Source: a virus (taxonomy: Duplodnaviria > Heunggongvirae > Uroviricota > Caudoviricetes). From it: a DNA stretch of 19,873 bases. Positions 17,823 through 19,873 of the stretch are shown in pieces. The notes beneath the pieces are model-generated. The model searched no databases. It saw nothing but the letters and a program-made list of their open reading frames with translations, and had not been told where the DNA came from. Every line of letters begins with the position of its first letter. Positions within the stretch are counted from its first letter, which is position 1. Position numbers and translations under genes: made by a program. Location: the IMG/VR virus record IMGVR_UViG_2695420411_000003; one strand, written 5' to 3'.

Positions 17823-18236
17823 ATGGATTACACAAATCTACCTAAACAAACTTTTGCTGATTTAATCGCACTCAGGCAAGCAGTCGTAGCTCTAATCAAC
17901 TTGTTGCCGGAGAAGGAAAAGGAATTAGTTAAAGCGCTTCTTAACAGAACTGCCGCCGATTTTTCATCATATCCACTGACAGATGACCTTGCGGACCTTC
18001 CTGAATTAATTGCAGCGTCCGCCATTAAGCTTACTGAAGAGATTTACCCTCCTCAAAAATCTTCACAAAATTCCTGCGAGAGTAACTTCAATGCAATAAT
18101 CGTAAAACGCCGCAAACTGCTCATCGCGGCGTTTTTTTTCATCTTCAGAAGGAATCAGCACCGACAATTTTTTATTCAGATCAGCGACGCTGCCCTCCAG
18201 TTTTTCAATGGGCGATTCAATATCATCTTTTTCTGA
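17823..18236 (+). CDS. Hypothetical plus-strand ORF converging on the lysis genes; reality and true 3' end uncertain
   Basis: ATG 17823 with AGAGG 6 nt upstream. The first roughly 80 aa are protein-like; the remaining roughly 57 aa overlap the minus-strand 173-aa gene, look like antisense translation (F/I/R-rich), and contain a plus-strand terminator-like hairpin. Confidence 0.3.
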   Translation: MDYTNLPKQTFADLIALRQAVVALINLLPEKEKELVKALLNRTAADFSSYPLTDDLADLPELIAASAIKLTEEIYPPQKSSQNSCESNFNAIIVKRRKLLIAAFFFIFRRNQHRQFFIQISDAALQFFNGRFNIIFF

Positions 18237-18584
18237 CCGCAATGCCGTCGGTGGCGTCTTCAGAGAACCAGTAATTCTTCCCGGTAGCTTTCCTTTGTAG
18301 GTTATCCACACATTCTGCGCCTCTAAAATTATGGGGCGCTTTTCCGGCGACAGCTCATCCCCTTCACATAACCCGGCAGCAACATCCAGGAAGACCTGTC
18401 TGATGCTCCTTCTGGCTGCTGCCTCATAAAACTCCAGCGCGGCACCTTCAACACGGTCCAGCGAGATGTCCAGGTCAAAAATTTCACCGTCAAAGCGTTT
18501 TTTGTCCCGTAACGCTAAAGTTACCGTAACTTTATTCTCAAAATTGCGGATCCCTTTCACAATCAGTTCATAGTTTTGAGTCAT
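18063..18584 (-). CDS. Hypothetical 173-aa soluble protein encoded between holin and endolysin, translationally coupled to the holin
   Basis: ATG 18582-18584 lies 4 nt after the holin TAA stop, with GGGGAGAG about 7 nt upstream inside the holin 3' end. No transmembrane segment, charged coiled-coil-like C-terminal region. No family recognised. Confidence 0.6.
   Translation of the reverse strand: MTQNYELIVKGIRNFENKVTVTLALRDKKRFDGEIFDLDISLDRVEGAALEFYEAAARRSIRQVFLDVAAGLCEGDELSPEKRPIILEAQNVWITYKGKLPGRITGSLKTPPTALRSEKDDIESPIEKLEGSVADLNKKLSVLIPSEDEKKRRDEQFAAFYDYCIEVTLAGIL
18104..18138 (+). terminator. Terminator-like hairpin, plus-strand polarity, inside the 3' end of the 173-aa gene
   Basis: aacgccgc-aaactgctcatc-gcggcgtt (8-bp stem, 12-nt loop) followed by 8 T on the plus strand; only 4 T follow it on the minus strand. 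Confidence 0.4.
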
Positions 18585-18588
18585 TGAA

Positions 18589-18804
18589 TTACTCTCCCCG
18601 TGCAGCCTTACGCTTGTCTTCTTTAATCTTGAAATAAAGATTTGTCAGATACGTCAGCAGGCCAAACACCAGACTACCCAGCACACCTATTGCCGCCCAC
18701 TGTGAGGGCGTGACTTTATCGAGCAACTGTAAAAACCAGTACCCGGCACTACCTGCTGAGGTGCCATAGGCGACACCCGTTGTTAACTTATCCATGGATT
18801 TCAT
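18589..18804 (-). CDS. S: Class II holin / pinholin (phage 21 S21-like) with dual-start motif
   Basis: [71 protein letters not shown] closely resembles remembered S21; the Met1-Lys-Ser-Met4 start is the antiholin/holin dual-start arrangement. The gene starts 4 nt from the assembly gap, so its RBS and promoter are missing. Confidence 0.85.
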
Positions 18805-18808
18805 AACC

Positions 18809-18818
18809 NNNNNNNNNN
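18809..18818. other. Assembly gap (10 N)
   Basis: Literal run of n in the sequence. Confidence 0.99.
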
Positions 18819-19233
18819 CGTCAGCTCAATCCGCGACGGTGCTGCCGGTGCGGCGATCCGGAACGATACCGATGCCGGATCGCCCTGCTGTCCCCACGCA
18901 TTTACCGCCCGGACCGTCAGCCTGTAGTTCCCCAGCGCCAGTTGCGTGAAGCGGTATGTGGTTTCCGTCGTCCTGGCCGTGCTGACCAGCCGCTCACTGC
19001 CGTCATCCGCTGCCACGGTCAGGCGAAGCATAAAGCTCACGCCCTTCACCACCTTCGGCGTGTCCCATCGCGCCAGCACCTGATATTCCCCGCTGTCTGC
19101 GGTGACTTCGGCGGTCAGATGCTGCACTGCTGGCGGCGTGACACCATTCACCGTGCCGCTCTGGTCACCGTCAAAGTGCGCCCCGTTATCCACGATGGCT
19201 TCTTTCTCCGGTACATGCTGCACGGCAGTGATG
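18819..19233 (-). CDS. J: Internal fragment of a tail tip / host specificity protein (lambda gpJ-like), bounded by gaps
   Basis: Translation ...TYRFTQLALGNYRLTVRAVNAWGQQGDPASVSFRIAAPAAPSRIELT matches a remembered fibronectin-III-like segment of lambda J; truncated at both ends by N runs. Confidence 0.7.
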
Positions 19234-19243
19234 NNNNNNNNNN
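19234..19243. other. Assembly gap (10 N)
   Basis: Literal run of n in the sequence. Confidence 0.99.
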
Positions 19244-19244
19244 T

Positions 19245-19403
19245 GAGCTGCTGCACCATATTCCTGAACAACTGAGTAAACGAGAGAGGTACACCGACAA
19301 ATGGCAGCGACGCACACACTCCCTCTGGCGTCACCGGGCATGGCACGCATCTGCCTTTACGGGGATTTACAACGATTTGGCCGCCGCATCGACCTTCGAG
19401 TGA
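19245..19403 (+). CDS. K: C-terminal fragment of tail assembly protein K, plus-strand copy
   Basis: ELLHHIPEQLSKRERYTDKWQRRTHSLWRHRAWHASAFTGIYNDLAAASTFE matches remembered lambda gpK C-terminus; begins at the gap. Confidence 0.8.
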   Translation, partial: ELLHHIPEQLSKRERYTDKWQRRTHSLWRHRAWHASAFTGIYNDLAAASTFE

Positions 19404-19873
19404 AAACGGGGTCCGAAGCCATCCGGGCGCTGGCCATGCAGAACCCGGCGTTTCGTCAGAAACTGAGCGACGGCTGGTACCAGGTACGCATTGCCGGGCG
19501 TGATGCAGGTGAAACCGAATTGTCTGCCCGTCTTAATGAGCCGCTGGCAAATGGTGCCGTGATCCACATCGTGCCGCGTCTGGCGGGAGCTAAAAGTGGC
19601 GGTGTGTTTCAGGTGGTGCTGGGGGCGGCGCTGATTGCGGTGGCATGGTGGAACCCTGTGGGCTGGCTGGGTGCCGCGGCTGTATCGGGCATGTATGCGG
19701 CAGGGGCCAGTATGATCCTGGGCGGAGTGGCGCAGATGCTGGCACCGAAAGCCAGGACGCCCACGGCAGCAAGTACAGATAACGGCAAACAGAACACCTA
19801 TTTCTCGTCACTGGATAACATGGTTGCCCAGGGCAATGTTCTGCCCGTTCTGTACGGTGAAATGCGCGTGGGG
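19301..19873 (+). CDS. I: Tail assembly protein I (lambda gpI-like), 3' end runs off the window
   Basis: MAATHTLPLASPGMARICLYGDLQRFGRRIDLRVKTG...GKQNTYFSSLDNMVAQGNVLPVLYGEMRVG is near-identical to remembered lambda gpI; GAGAGAGG upstream; overlaps the K 3' end in another frame. Absent from the ORF track because no stop lies inside the window. Confidence 0.88.
   Translation, partial: MAATHTLPLASPGMARICLYGDLQRFGRRIDLRVKTGSEAIRALAMQNPAFRQKLSDGWYQVRIAGRDAGETELSARLNEPLANGAVIHIVPRLAGAKSGGVFQVVLGAALIAVAWWNPVGWLGAAAVSGMYAAGASMILGGVAQMLAPKARTPTAASTDNGKQNTYFSSLDNMVAQGNVLPVLYGEMRVG

Noticed and set aside
17828-18025. 65-aa minus-strand ORF between endolysin and the 173-aa gene
   Set aside because: Ser/Ala/Arg-rich antisense-like composition; the plus-strand frame over the same DNA looks more protein-like and has an RBS.
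18801-19403. ORFs 18801..19346 (minus) and 18942..19403 (plus) running through N runs
   Set aside because: Artefacts of translating across assembly gaps. The real content is a J-like fragment (18819..19233, minus) and a K C-terminal fragment (19245..19403, plus).
19367-19811. Minus-strand ORFs 19367..19567, 19590..19811 and 19609..19797
   Set aside because: Antisense to the confidently identified gpI-like gene on the plus strand.

Overview
This window is the late region of a lambdoid (lambda / phage 21 / Qin-like) prophage from an enterobacterial draft assembly, almost entirely on the minus strand. All identifications rest on reading the supplied ORF translations against remembered lambda-family proteins and on motifs checked by hand; no database search was run. 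Reading in the phage's own direction (high to low coordinates): S21-type pinholin, an unexplained 173-aa ORF, SAR endolysin, Rz/Rz1 spanins, an AT-rich moron block (CspA-family cold-shock protein, small Cys-rich ORF, YnfN-like ORF, GnsA/GnsB-family protein, 68-aa ORF), a lambda-like cos candidate, terminase small and large subunits, gpW, portal, a ClpP-like protease fused to an HK97-fold major capsid protein, a small head protein, FII-like, Z, U, V, G/G-T chaperones, tape measure H, M, L and the 5' part of K. Two runs of 10 N (18809-18818, 19234-19243) are assembly gaps; beyond them sit a lambda-J-like fragment (minus) and a K C-terminus plus the start of I (plus), in an orientation inconsistent with the main contig. 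The strongest candidate for something undescribed is the insertion between the holin and the endolysin: a 173-aa protein translationally coupled to the holin, converging on a plus-strand ORF with an embedded terminator-like hairpin. No rRNA, tRNA, CRISPR array, integrase or att site was seen.
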